A stretch of DNA of 64,000 bases, from contig OZ176052.1 in the NCBI GenBank assembly GCA_964247055.1, positions 13,702,001-13,766,000 on the forward strand, in the 5' to 3' direction. Source of the DNA: Paragordius varius. Its lineage: Eukaryota; Animalia; Nematomorpha. Below are positions 1 through 12,800 of this stretch, piece by piece (position 1 is the first letter of the stretch; each line of letters starts with the position of its first letter). The notes beneath the pieces were generated by a model, which did not search any database, was not told the DNA's origin, and worked only from the letters and a program-made list of their open reading frames with translations. The translations under genes and the position numbers were made by a program.

Positions 1-173
1 AAATATTTGGGGTGATGATGGAACTACCATAGGTCTACCCAAAAAAAATTATGGCGACATCACCTGATCAAATTTGGATTTTAGGTAGCCATTTTTATTT
101 TTAAAATCGTATAAAATAAATTTTTTAAATATTTAAAAAATTCATAAAAATTACATTTATACTCCGATCTCGA
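1..173. repeat. Representative monomer with a GC-richer part (about 161-173 plus 1-90) and a ~94% AT part (91-160)
   Basis: Hand count gives about 45 G+C in 173 nt, only 4 of them in 91-160. GATC lies at 66-69 (within TGATCA) and at 166-169. AAATATTT lies at 1-8 and 127-134. Confidence 0.97.
119..142. other. Perfect 24-bp AT-only palindrome AATTTTTTAAATATTTAAAAAATT, present in most monomers (first instance given)
   Basis: The sequence equals its own reverse complement. The TTCAT>TTTAT variant (e.g. near 8430) extends it to 30 bp. Confidence 0.95.
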
Positions 174-2779
174 AAATATTTGGGGTGATGATGGAAATAC
201 CATAGCGCTACCCAAAAAAAATTATGGTGACATCACCTGATCAAATTTGGATTTTAGGTAGCCATTTTTATTTTTAAAATCGTATAAAATAAATTTTTTA
301 AATATTTAAAAAATTCATAAAAATTACATTTATACTCCGATCTCAAAAATATTTGGGGTTATGATGGAACTACTATAGGGCTACCCAAAAAAAATTATGG
401 CGACATCACCTGATCAAATTTGGATTTTAGGTAGCCATTTTTATTTTTAAAATCGTATAAAATAAATTTTTTAAATATTTAAAAAATTCATAAAAATTAC
501 ATTTAAAGTCCGATCTCAAAAATATTTGGGGTTATGATGGAACTACTATAGGGCTACCCAAAAAAAATTATGGCGACATCACCTGATCAAATTTGGATTT
601 TAGGTAGCCATTTTTATTTTTAAAATCGTATAAAATAAATTTTTTAAATATTTAAAAAATTCATAAAAATTACATTTATACTCCGATCTCAAAAATATTT
701 GGGGTGATGATGGAACTACTATAGGGCTACCCAAAAAAAATTATGGCGACATCACCTGATCAAATTTGGATTTTAGGTAGCCATTTTTATTTTTAAAATC
801 GTATAAAATAAATTTTTTAAATATTTAAAAAATTCATAAAAATTACATTTAAAGTCCGATCTCAAAAATATTTGGGGTTATGATGGAACTACCATAGGGC
901 TACCCAAAAAAAAATATGGCGACATCACCTGATCAAATTTGGATTTTAGGTAGCCATTTTTATTTTTAAAATCGTATAAAATAAATTTTTTAAATATTTA
1001 AAAAATTCAAAAAAATTACATTTATACTCCGATCTCGACAATATTTGGGGTGATGATGGAACTACCATAGGGCTACCCAAAAAAAATTATGGGGATATCA
1101 CCTGATCAAATTTGGATTTTAGGTAGCCATTTTTATTTTTAAAATCGTAAAAAATAAATTTTTTAAATATTTAAAAAATTCATAAAAATTACATTTATAC
1201 TCCGATCTCGAAAATATTTGGGGTGATGATGGAACTACCATAGGGCTAACCAAAAAAAATTATGGTGACATCACCTGATCAAATTTGGATTTTAGGTAGC
1301 CATTTTTATTTTTAAAATCGTATAAAATAAATTTTTTAAATATTTAAAAAATTCATAAAAATTACATTTATTGTCCGATCCCCAAAGTATTTGGGGTGAT
1401 GATGGAACTATCATAGGGCTACCCAAAAAAAATTATGGCGACATCACCTGATCAAATTTGGATTTTAGGTAGCCATTTTTATTTTTAAAATCGTATAAAA
1501 TAAATTTTTTAAATATTTAAAAAATTCATAAAAATTACATTTATACTCCGATCCCCAAAATATTTGGGGTGATGATGGAACTACCATAGGGCTACCCAAA
1601 AAAAATTATGGCGACATCACCTGATCAAATTTGGATTTTAGGTAGCCATTTTTATTTTTGAAATCGTATAAAAAAATTTTTCAAATATTTAAAAAATTTA
1701 TAAAAATTACATTTAAAGTCCGATCTCAAAAATATTTGGGGTTATGATGGAACTACCATAGGGCTACCCAAAAAAAATTATGGCGACATCACCTGATCAA
1801 ATTTGGATTTTAGGTAGCCATTTTTATTTTTAAAATCGTATAAAATAAATTTTTTAAATATTTAAAAAATTCATAAAAATTACATTTATACTCCGATCCC
1901 CAAAATATTTGGGGTGATGATGGAACTACCATAGGGCTACCCAAAAAAAATTATGGCGACATCACCTGATCAAATTTGGATTTTAGGTAGCCATTTTTAT
2001 TTTTGAAATCGTATAAAAAAAATTTTCCAAATATTTAAAAAATTTATAAAAATTACTTTTAAAGTCCGATCTCAAAAATATTTGGGGTTATGATGGAACT
2101 ACCATAGGGCTACCCAAAAAAAATTATGGCGACATCACCTGATCAAATTTGGATTTTAGGTAGCCATTTTTATTTTTTAAATCGTATAAAATAAATTTTT
2201 TAAATATTTAAAAAATTCATAAAAATTACATTTATAGTCCGATCCCCAAAATATTTGGGGTGATGATGGAACTACCATAGGGCTACCCAAAAAAAATTAT
2301 GGCGACATCACCTGATCAAATTTGGATTTTAGGTAGCCATTTTTATTTTTAAAATCGTATAAAATAAATTTTTTAAATATTTAAAAAATTCATAAAAATT
2401 ACATTTATAGTCCGATCCCCAAAATATTTGGGGTGATGATGGAACTACCATAGGGCTACCCAAAAAAAATTATGGCGACATCACCTGATCAAATTTGGAT
2501 TTTAGGTAGCCATTTTTATTTTTAAAATCGTATAAAATAAATTTTTTAAATATTTAAAAAATTCATAAAAATTACATTTATACTCCGATCTCAAAAATAT
2601 TTGGGGTTATGATGGAACTACTATAGGGCTACCCAAAAAAAATTATGGCGACATCACCTGATCAAATTTGGATTTTAGGTAGCCATTTTTATTTTTAAAA
2701 TCGTATAAAATAAATTTTTTAAATATTTAAAAAATTCATAAAAATTACATTTATACTCCGATCTCGACAATATTTGGGG

Positions 2780-5700
2780 TGATGATGGAACTACCATAGG
2801 GCCCAAAAAAAATTATAGTGACATCACCTGATCAAATTTGGATTTTAGGTAGCCATTTTTATTTTTAAAATCGTATAAAATAAATTTTTTAAATATTTAA
2901 AAAATTCATAAAAATTACATTTATAGTCCGATCCCCAAAATATTTGGGGTGATGATGGAACAACCATAGGGCTACACAAAAAAAATTATGGCGACATCAC
3001 CTGATCAAATTTGGATTTTAGGTAGCCATTTTTATTTTTAAAATCGTATAAAATAAATTTTTTAAATATTTAAAAAATTCAAAAAAATTACATTTATACT
3101 CCGATCTCGAAAATATTTGGGGTGATGATGGAACTACCATAGGGCTACCCAAAAAAAATTATGGCGACATCACCTGATCAAATTTGGATTTTAGGTAGCC
3201 ATTTTTATTTTTAAAATCGTATAAAATAAATTTTTTAAATATTTAAAAAATTCATAAAAATTACATTTATACTCCGATCTCGACAATATTTGGGGTGATG
3301 ATGGAACTACCATAGGGCTACCCCAAAAAAATTATAGTGACATCACCTGATCAAATTTGGATTTTAGGTAGCCATTTTTATTTTTAAAATCGTATAAAAT
3401 AAATTTTTTAAATGTTTAAAAAATTCATAAAAATTACATTTATAGTCCGATCCCCAAAATATTTGGGGTGATGATGGAATTACCATAGGGCTACCCAAAA
3501 AAAATTATGGTGACATCACCTGATCAAATTTGGATTTTAGGTAGCCATTTTTATTTTTAAAATCGTATAAAATAAATTTTTTAAATATTTAAAAAATTCA
3601 TAAAAATTACATTTATACTCCGATCTCGAAAATATTTGGGGTGATGATGGAACTACCATAGGGCTACCCAAAAAAAATTATAGTGACATCACCTGATCAA
3701 ATTTGGATTTTAGGTAACCATTTTTATTTTTAATATCGTATAAAATAAATTTTTTAAATATTTAAGAAATTCATAAAAATTACATTTATAGTCCGATCCC
3801 CAAAATATTTGGGGTGATGATGGAACTACCATAGGGCTACCCAAAAAAAATTATAGTGACATCACCTGATCAAATTTGGATTTTAGGTAGCCATTTTTAT
3901 TTTTAAAATCGTATAAAATAAATTTTTTAAATATTTAAAAAATTCATAAAAATTACATTTATAGTCCGATCCCCAAAATATTTGGGGTGATAATGGAACT
4001 ACCATAGGGCTACCCAAAAAAAATTATAGTGACATCACCTGATCAAATTTGGATTTTAGGTAGCCATTTTTATTTTTAAAATCGTATAAAATAAATTTTT
4101 TAAATATTTTAAAAATTCATAAAAATTACATTTATAGTCCGATCCCCAAAATATTTGGGGTGATGATGGAACTACCATAGGGCTACCCAAAAAAAATTAT
4201 GGTGACATCACCTGATCAAATTTGGATTTTAGGTAGCCATTTTTATTTTTAAATTCGTCTAAAATAAATTTTTTAAATATTTAAAAAATTCATAAAAATT
4301 ACATTTATACTCCGATCTCGAAAATATTTGGGGTGATGATGGAACTACCATAGGGCTACGCAAAAAAAATTATGGTGACATCACCTGATCAAATTTGGAT
4401 TTTAGGTAGCCATTTTTATTTTTAAAATCGTATAAAATAAATTTTTTAAATATTTAAAAAATTCAAAAAAATTACATTTATACTCCGATCTCGACAATAT
4501 TTGGGGTGATGATGGAACTACCATAGGGCTACCCAAAAAAAATTATGGTGACATCACCTGATCAAATTTGGATTTTAGGTAGCCATTTTTATTTTTAAAA
4601 TCGTATAAAATAAATTTTTTAAATATTTAAAAAATTCATAAAAATTACATTTATACTCCGATCTCGAAAATATTTGGGGTGATGATGGAACTACCATAGG
4701 GCTACCTAAAAAAAATTATGGTGACATCACCTGATCAAATTTGGATTTTAGGTAGCCATTTTTATTTTTAAAATCGTATAAAATAAATTTTTTAAATATT
4801 TAAAAAATTCATAAAAGTTACATTTATAGTCCGATCCCCAAAATATTTGTGGTGATGATGGAACTACCATAGGGCCCAAAAAAAATTATAGTGACATCAC
4901 CTGATCAAATTTGGATTTTAGGTAGCCATTTTTATTTTTAAAATCGTATAAAATAAATTTTTTAAATATTTAAAAAACTCATAAAAATTACATTTATAGT
5001 CCGATCCCCAAAATATTTGGGGTGATGATGGAACAACCATAGGGCTACGCAAAAAAAATTATGGCGACATCACCTGATCAAATTTGGATTTTAGGTAGCC
5101 ATTTTTATTTTTAAAATCGTATAAAATAAATTTTTTAAATATTTAAAAAATTCAAAAAAATTACATTTATACTCCGATCTCGAAAATATTTGGGGTGATG
5201 ATGGAACTACCATAGGGCTACCCAAAAAAAATTATGGCGACATCACCTGATCAAATTTGGATTTTAGGTAGCCATTTTTATTTTTAAAATCGTATAAAAT
5301 AAATTTTTTAAATATTTAAAAAATTCATAAAAATTACATTTATACTCCGATCTCGACAATATTTGGGGTGATGATGGAACTACTATAGGGCTACCCCAAA
5401 AAAATTATAGTGACATCACCTGATCAAATTTGGATTTTAGGTAGCCATTTTTATTTTTAAAATCGTATAAAATAAATTTTTTAAATGTTTAAAAAATTCA
5501 TAAAAATTACATTTATAGTCCGATCCCCAAAATATTTGGGGTGATGATGGAATTACCATAGGGCTACCCAAAAAAAATTATGGTGACATCACCTGATCAA
5601 ATTTGGATTTTAGGTAGCCATTTTTATTTTTAAAATCGTATAAAATAAATTTTTTAAATATTTAAAAAATTCATAAAAATTACATCTATACTCCGATCTC

Positions 5701-6020
5701 GAAAATATTTGGGGTGATGATGGAACTACCATAGGGCTACCCAAAAAAAATTATAGTGACATCACCTGATCAAATTTGGATTTTAGGTAACCATTTTTAT
5801 TTTTAATATCGTATAAAATAAATTTTTTAAATATTTAAGAAATTCATAAAAATTACATTTATAGTCCGATCCCCAAAATATTTGGGGTGATGATGGAACT
5901 ACCATAGGGCTACCCAAAAAAAAATATAGTGACATCACCTGATCAAATTTGGATTTTAGGTAGCCATTTTTATTTTTAAAATCGTATAAAATAAATTTTT
6001 TAAATATTTAAAAAATTCAT
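2780..6020. repeat. Duplication of ~6-7 monomers at a 12-monomer offset (2073 bp)
   Basis: Private markers recur at +2073: GGGCCC deletion allele (2799/4872), GGAACAACC (2961/5034) and AAATGTTT (3414/5487). The GGTAACC/AAGAAATTC monomer also recurs. Confidence 0.85.
3489..3546. other. Nested imperfect inverted repeat, once per monomer (example instance)
   Basis: GGCTACC (3489-3495) is the reverse complement of GGTAGCC (3540-3546). The inner arms CAAAAAAAATT and AATTTGGATTTTA pair partially. GGTGA-CA-TCACC (3509-3520) is an internal dyad. Confidence 0.85.
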
Positions 6021-6889
6021 ATTACATTTATAGTCCGATCCCCAAAATATTTGGGGTGATGATGGAACTACCATAGCGCTACCCAAAAAAAATTATGGTG
6101 ACATCACCTGATCAAATTTGGATTTTAGGTAGCCATTTTTATTTTTAAAATCGTATAAAATAAATTTTTTAAATATTTAAAAAATTCATAAAAATTACAT
6201 TTATACTCCGATCTCGAAAATATTTGGGGTGATAATGGAACTACCATAGGGCTACCCAAAAAAAATTATAGTGACATCACCTGATCAAATTTGGATTTTA
6301 GGTAGCCATTTTTATTTTTAAAATCGTATAAAATAAATTTTTTAAATATTTAAAAAATTCATAAAAATTACATTTATACTCCGATCTCGAAAATATTTGG
6401 GGGGATGATGGAACTACCATAGGGCTACGCAAAAAAAATTATGGTGACATCACCTGATCAAATTTGGATTTTAGGTAGCCATTTTTATTTTTAAAATCGT
6501 ATAAAATAAATTTTTTAAATATTTAAAAAATTCATAAAAATTACATTTATACTCCGATCTCGAAAATATTTGGGGTGATGATGGAACTACCATAGGGCTA
6601 CCCAAAAAAAGTTATAGTGACATCACCTGATCAAATTTGGATTTTAGGTAACCATTTTTATTTTTAATATCGTATAAAATAAATTTTTTAAATATTTAAA
6701 AAATTCATAAAAATTACATTTCTAGTCCGATCCTCAAAATATTTGGGGTGATGATGGAACTACCATAGGGCTACCCAAAAAAAATTATAGTGACATCACC
6801 TGATCAAATTTGGATTTTAGGTAGCCATTTTTATTTTTAAAATCGTATAAAATAAATTTTTTAAATATTTAAAAAATTCATAAAAATTA

Positions 6890-9800
6890 CATTTATACTC
6901 CGATCTCGAAAATATTTGGGGTGATAATGGAACTACCATAGGGCTACCCAAAAAAAATTATAGTGACATCACCTGATCAAATTTGGATTTTAGGTAGCCA
7001 TTTTTATTTTTAAAATCGTATAAAATAAATTTTTTAAATATTTTAAAAATTCATAAAAATTACATTTATAGTCCGATCCCCAAAATATTTGGGGTGATGA
7101 TGGAACTACCATAGGGCTACCCAAAAAAAATTATGGTGACATCACCTGATCAAATTTGGATTTTAGGTAGCCATTTTTATTTTTAAATTCGTATAAAATA
7201 AATTTTTTAAATATTTAAAAAATTCATAAAAATTACATTTATACTCCGATCTCGAAAATATTTGGGGTGATGATGGAACTACCATAGGGCTACGCAAAAA
7301 AAATTATGGTGACATCACCTGATCAAATTTGGATTTTAGGTAGCCATTTTTATTTTTAAAATCGTATAAAATAAATTTTTTAAATATTTAAAAAATTCAA
7401 AAAAATTACATTTATACTCTGATCTCGACAATATTTGGGGTGATGATGGAACTACCATAGGGCTACCCAAAAAAAATTATGGTGACATCACCTGATCAAA
7501 TTTGGATTTTAGGTAGCCATTTTTATTTTTAAAATCGTATAAAATAAATTTTTTAAATATTTAAAAAATTCATAAAAATTACATTATACTCCGATCTCGA
7601 AAATATTTGGCGTGATGATGGAACTACCATAGGGCTACCCAAAAAAAATTATGGTGACATCACCTGATCAAATTTGGATTTTAGGTAGCCATTTTTATTT
7701 TTAAAATCGTATAAAATAAATTTTTTAAATATTTAAAAAATTCATAAAAGTTACATTTATAGTCCGATCCCCAAAATATTTGTGGTGATGATGGAACTAC
7801 CATAGGGCTACCCAAAAAAAATTATGGTGACATCACCTGATCAAATTTGGATTTTAGGTAGCCATTTTTATTTTTAACGTATAAAATAAATTTTTTAAAT
7901 ATTTAAAAAATTCAAAAAAATTACATTTATACTCCGATCTCGACAATATTTGGGGTGATGATGGAATTACCATAGGGCTACCCAAAAAAAATTATGGTGA
8001 CATCACCTGATCAAATTTGGATTTTAGGTAGCCATTTTTATTTTTAAAATCGTATAAAATAAATTTTTTAAATATTTAAAAAATTCATAAAAATTACATT
8101 TATACTCCGATCTCGAAAATATTTGGGGTGATGATGGAACTACCATAGGGCTACCCAAAAAAAATTATGGTGACATCACCTGATCAAATTTGGATTTTAG
8201 GTAGCCATTTTTATTTTTAAAATTGTATAAAATAAATTTTTTAAATATTTAAAAAATAGATAAAAATTACATTTATAGTCCGATCCCCAAAATATTTGGG
8301 GTGATGATGGAACTACCATAGGGCTACCCAAAAAAAATTATGGCGACATCACCTTGATCAAATTTGGATTTTAGGTAGCCATTTTTATTTTTAAAATCGT
8401 ATAAAATAAATTTTTTAAATATTTAAAAAATTTATAAAAATTACATTTATACTCCGATCTCAAAAATATTTGGGGTGATGATGGAACTACTATAGGGCTA
8501 CCCAAAAAAAATTATGGCGAAATCATCTGATCAAATTTGGATTTTAGGTAGCCATTTTTATTTTTAAAATCGTATAAAATAAATTTTTTAAATATTTAAA
8601 AAATTCATAAAAATTACATTTATACTCCGATCTCAAAAATATTTGGGGTTATGATGGAACTACTATAGGGCTACCCAAAAAAAATTATGGCGACATCACC
8701 TGATCAAATTTGGATTTTAGGTAGCCATTTTTATTTTTAAAATCGTATAAAATAAATTTTTTAAATATTTAAAAAATTCATAAAAATTACATTTATACTC
8801 CGATCTCGAAAATATTTGGGGTGATAATGGAACTACCATAGGGCTACCCAAAAAAAATTATAGTGACATCACCTGATCAAATTTGGATTTTAGGTAGCCA
8901 TTTTTATTTTTAAAATCGTATAAAATAAATTTTTTAAATATTTTAAAAATTCATAAAAATTACATTTATAGTCCGATCCCCAAAATATTTGGGGTGATGT
9001 GGAACTACCATAGGGCTACCCAAAAAAAATTATGGTGACATCACCTGATCAAATTTGGATTTTAGGTAGCCATTTTTATTTTTAAATTCGTATAAAATAA
9101 ATTTTTTAAATATTTAAAAAATTCATAAAAATTACATTTATACTCCGATCTCGAAAATATTTGGGGTGATGGAACTACCATAGGGCTACGCAAAAAAAAT
9201 TATGGTGACATCACCTGATCAAATTTGGATTTTAGGTAGCCATTTTTATTTTTAAAATCGTATAAAATAAATTTTTTAAATATTTAAAAAATTCAAAAAA
9301 ATTACATTTATACTCTGATCTCGACAATATTTGGGGTGATGATGGAACTACCATAGGGCTACCCAAAAAAAATTATGGTGACATCACCTGATCAAATTTG
9401 GATTTTAGGTAGCCATTTTTATTTTTAAAATCGTATAAAATAAATTTTTTAAATATTTAAAAAATTCATAAAAATTACATTTATACTCCGATCTCGAAAA
9501 TATTTGGCGTGATGATGGAACTACCATAGGGCTACCCAAAAAAAATTATGGTGACATCACCTGATCAAATTTGGATTTTAGGTAGCCATTTTTATTTTTA
9601 AAATCGTATAAAATAAATTTTTTAAATATTTAAAAAATTCATAAAAGTTACATTTATAGTCCGATCCCCAAAATATTTGTGGTGATGATGGAACTACCAT
9701 AGGGCTACCCAAAAAAAATTATGGTGACATCACCTGATCAAATTTGGATTTTAGGTAGCCATTTTTATTTTTAACGTATAAAATAAATTTTTTAAATATT

Positions 9801-12800
9801 TAAAAAATTCAAAAAAATTACATTTATACTCCGATCTCGACAATATTTGGGGTGATGATGGAATTACCATAGGGCTACCCAAAAAAAATTATGGTGACAT
9901 CACCTGATCAAATTTGGATTTTAGGTAGCCATTTTTATTTTTAAAATCGTATAAAATAAATTTTTTAAATATTTAAAAAATTCATAAAAATTACATTTAT
10001 ACTCCGATCTCGAAAATATTTGGGGTGATGATGGAACTACCATAGGGCTACCCAAAAAAAATTATGGTGACATCACCTGATCAAATTTGGATTTTAGGTA
10101 GCCATTTTTATTTTTAAAATTGTATAAAATAAATTTTTTAAATATTTAAAAAATAGATAAAAATTACATTTATAGTCCGATCCCCAAAATATTTGGGGTG
10201 ATGATGGAACTACCATAGGGCTACCCAAAAAAAATTATGGCGACATCACCTTGATCAAATTTGGATTTTAGGTAGCCATTTTTATTTTTAAAATCGTATA
10301 AAATAAATTTTTTAAATATTTAAAAAATTTATAAAAATTACATTTATACTCCGATCTCAAAAATATTTGGGGTGATGATGGAACTACTATAGGGCTACCC
10401 AAAAAAAATTATGGCGAAATTATCTGATCAAATTTGGATTTTAGGTAGCCATTTTTATTTTTAAAATCGTATAAAATAAATTTTTTAAATATTTAAAAAA
10501 TTCATAAAAATTACATTTATACTCCGATCTCAAAAATATTTGGGGTTATGATGGAACTACTATAGGGCTACCCAAAAAAAATTATGGCGACATCACCTGA
10601 TCAAATTTGGATTTTAGGTAGCCATTTTTATTTTTAAAATCGTATAAAATAAATTTTTTAAATATTTAAAAAATTCATAAAAATTACATTTAAAGTCCGA
10701 TCTCGAAAATATTTGGGGGGATGATGGAACTACCATAGGGCTACGCAAAAAAAATTATGGTGACATCACCTGATCAAATTTGGATTTTAGGTAGCCATTT
10801 TTATTTTTAAAATCGTATAAAATAAATTTTTTAAATATTTAAAAAATTCAAAAAAATTACATTTATACTCTGATCTCGACAATATTTGGGGTGATGATGG
10901 AACTACCATAGGGCTACCCAAAAAAAATTATGGTGACATCACCTGATCAAATTTGGATTTTAGGTAGCCATTTTTATTTTTAAAATCGTATAAAATAAAT
11001 TTTTTAAATATTTAAAAAATTCATAAAAATTACATTATACTCCGATCTCGAAAATATTTGGCGTGATGATGGAACTACCATAGGGCTACCCAAAAAAAAT
11101 TATGGTGACATCACCTGATCAAATTTGGATTTTAGGTAGCCATTTTTATTTTTAAAATCGTATAAAATAAATTTTTTAAATATTTAAAAAATTCATAAAA
11201 GTTACATTTATAGTCCGATCCCCAAAATATTTGTGGTGATGATGGAACTACCATAGGGCTACCCAAAAAAAATTATGGTGACATCACCTGATCAAATTTG
11301 GATTTTAGGTAGCCATTTTTATTTTTAACGTATAAAATAAATTTTTTAAATATTTAAAAAATTCAAAAAAATTACATTTATACTCCGATCTCGACAATAT
11401 TTGGGGTGATGATGGAATTACCATAGGGCTACCCAAAAAAAATTATGGTGACATCACCTGATCAAATTTGGATTTTAGGTAGCCATTTTTATTTTTAAAA
11501 TCGTATAAAATAAATTTTTTAAATATTTAAAAAATTCATAAAAATTACATTTATACTCCGATCTCGAAAATATTTGGGGTGATGATGGAACTACCATAGG
11601 GCTACCCAAAAAAAATTATGGTGACATCACCTGATCAAATTTGGATTTTAGGTAGCCATTTTTATTTTTAAAATTGTATAAAATAAATTTTTTAAATATT
11701 TAAAAAATAGATAAAAATTACATTTATAGTCCGATCCCCAAAATATTTGGGGTGATGATGGAACTACCATAGGGCTACCCAAAAAAAATTATGGCGACAT
11801 CACCTTGATCAAATTTGGATTTTAGGTAGCCATTTTTATTTTTAAAATCGTATAAAATAAATTTTTTAAATATTTAAAAAATTTATAAAAATTACATTTA
11901 TACTCCGATCTCAAAAATATTTGGGGTGATGATGGAACTACTATAGGGCTACCCAAAAAAAATTATGGCGAAATCATCTGATCAAATTTGGATTTTAGGT
12001 AGCCATTTTTATTTTTAAAATCGTATAAAATAAATTTTTTAAATATTTAAAAAATTCATAAAAATTACATTTATACTCCGATCTCAAAAATATTTGGGGT
12101 TATGATGGAACTACTATAGGGCTACCCAAAAAAAATTATGGCGACATCACCTGATCAAATTTGGATTTTAGGTAGCCATTTTTATTTTTAAAATCGTATA
12201 AAATAAATTTTTTAAATATTTAAAAAATTCATAAAAATTACATTTATACTCCGATCTCGAAAATATTTGGGGTGATAATGGAACTACCATAGGGCTACCC
12301 AAAAAAAATTATAGTGACATCACCTGATCAAATTTGGATTTTAGGTAGCCATTTTTATTTTTAAAATCGTATAAAATAAATTTTTTAAATATTTTAAAAA
12401 TTCATAAAAATTACATTTATAGTCCGATCCCCAAAATATTTGGGGTGATGATGGAACTACCATAGGGCTACCCAAAAAAAATTATGGTGACATCACCTGA
12501 TCAAATTTGGATTTTAGGTAGCCATTTTTATTTTTAAATTCGTATAAAATAAATTTTTTAAATATTTAAAAAATTCATAAAAATTACATTTATACTCCGA
12601 TCTCGAAAATATTTGGGGTGATGGAACTACCATAGGGCTACGCAAAAAAAATTATGGTGACATCACCTGATCAAATTTGGATTTTAGGTAGCCATTTTTA
12701 TTTTTAAAATCGTATAAAATAAATTTTTTAAATATTTAAAAAATTCAAAAAAATTACATTTATACTCTGATCTCGACAATATTTGGGGTGATGATGGAAC

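Noticed and set aside
9-12. G-quadruplex potential from the GGGG run
   Set aside because: Each monomer has only one G4 run and one G3 run on this strand, too few and too widely spaced for a canonical G4.
1-173. Assignment to a named satellite (alpha satellite, CEN178, Drosophila 1.688 family) or a CENP-B box
   Set aside because: Only the length or AT content is similar. I recognise no sequence match and see no canonical CENP-B box. A database search is needed.
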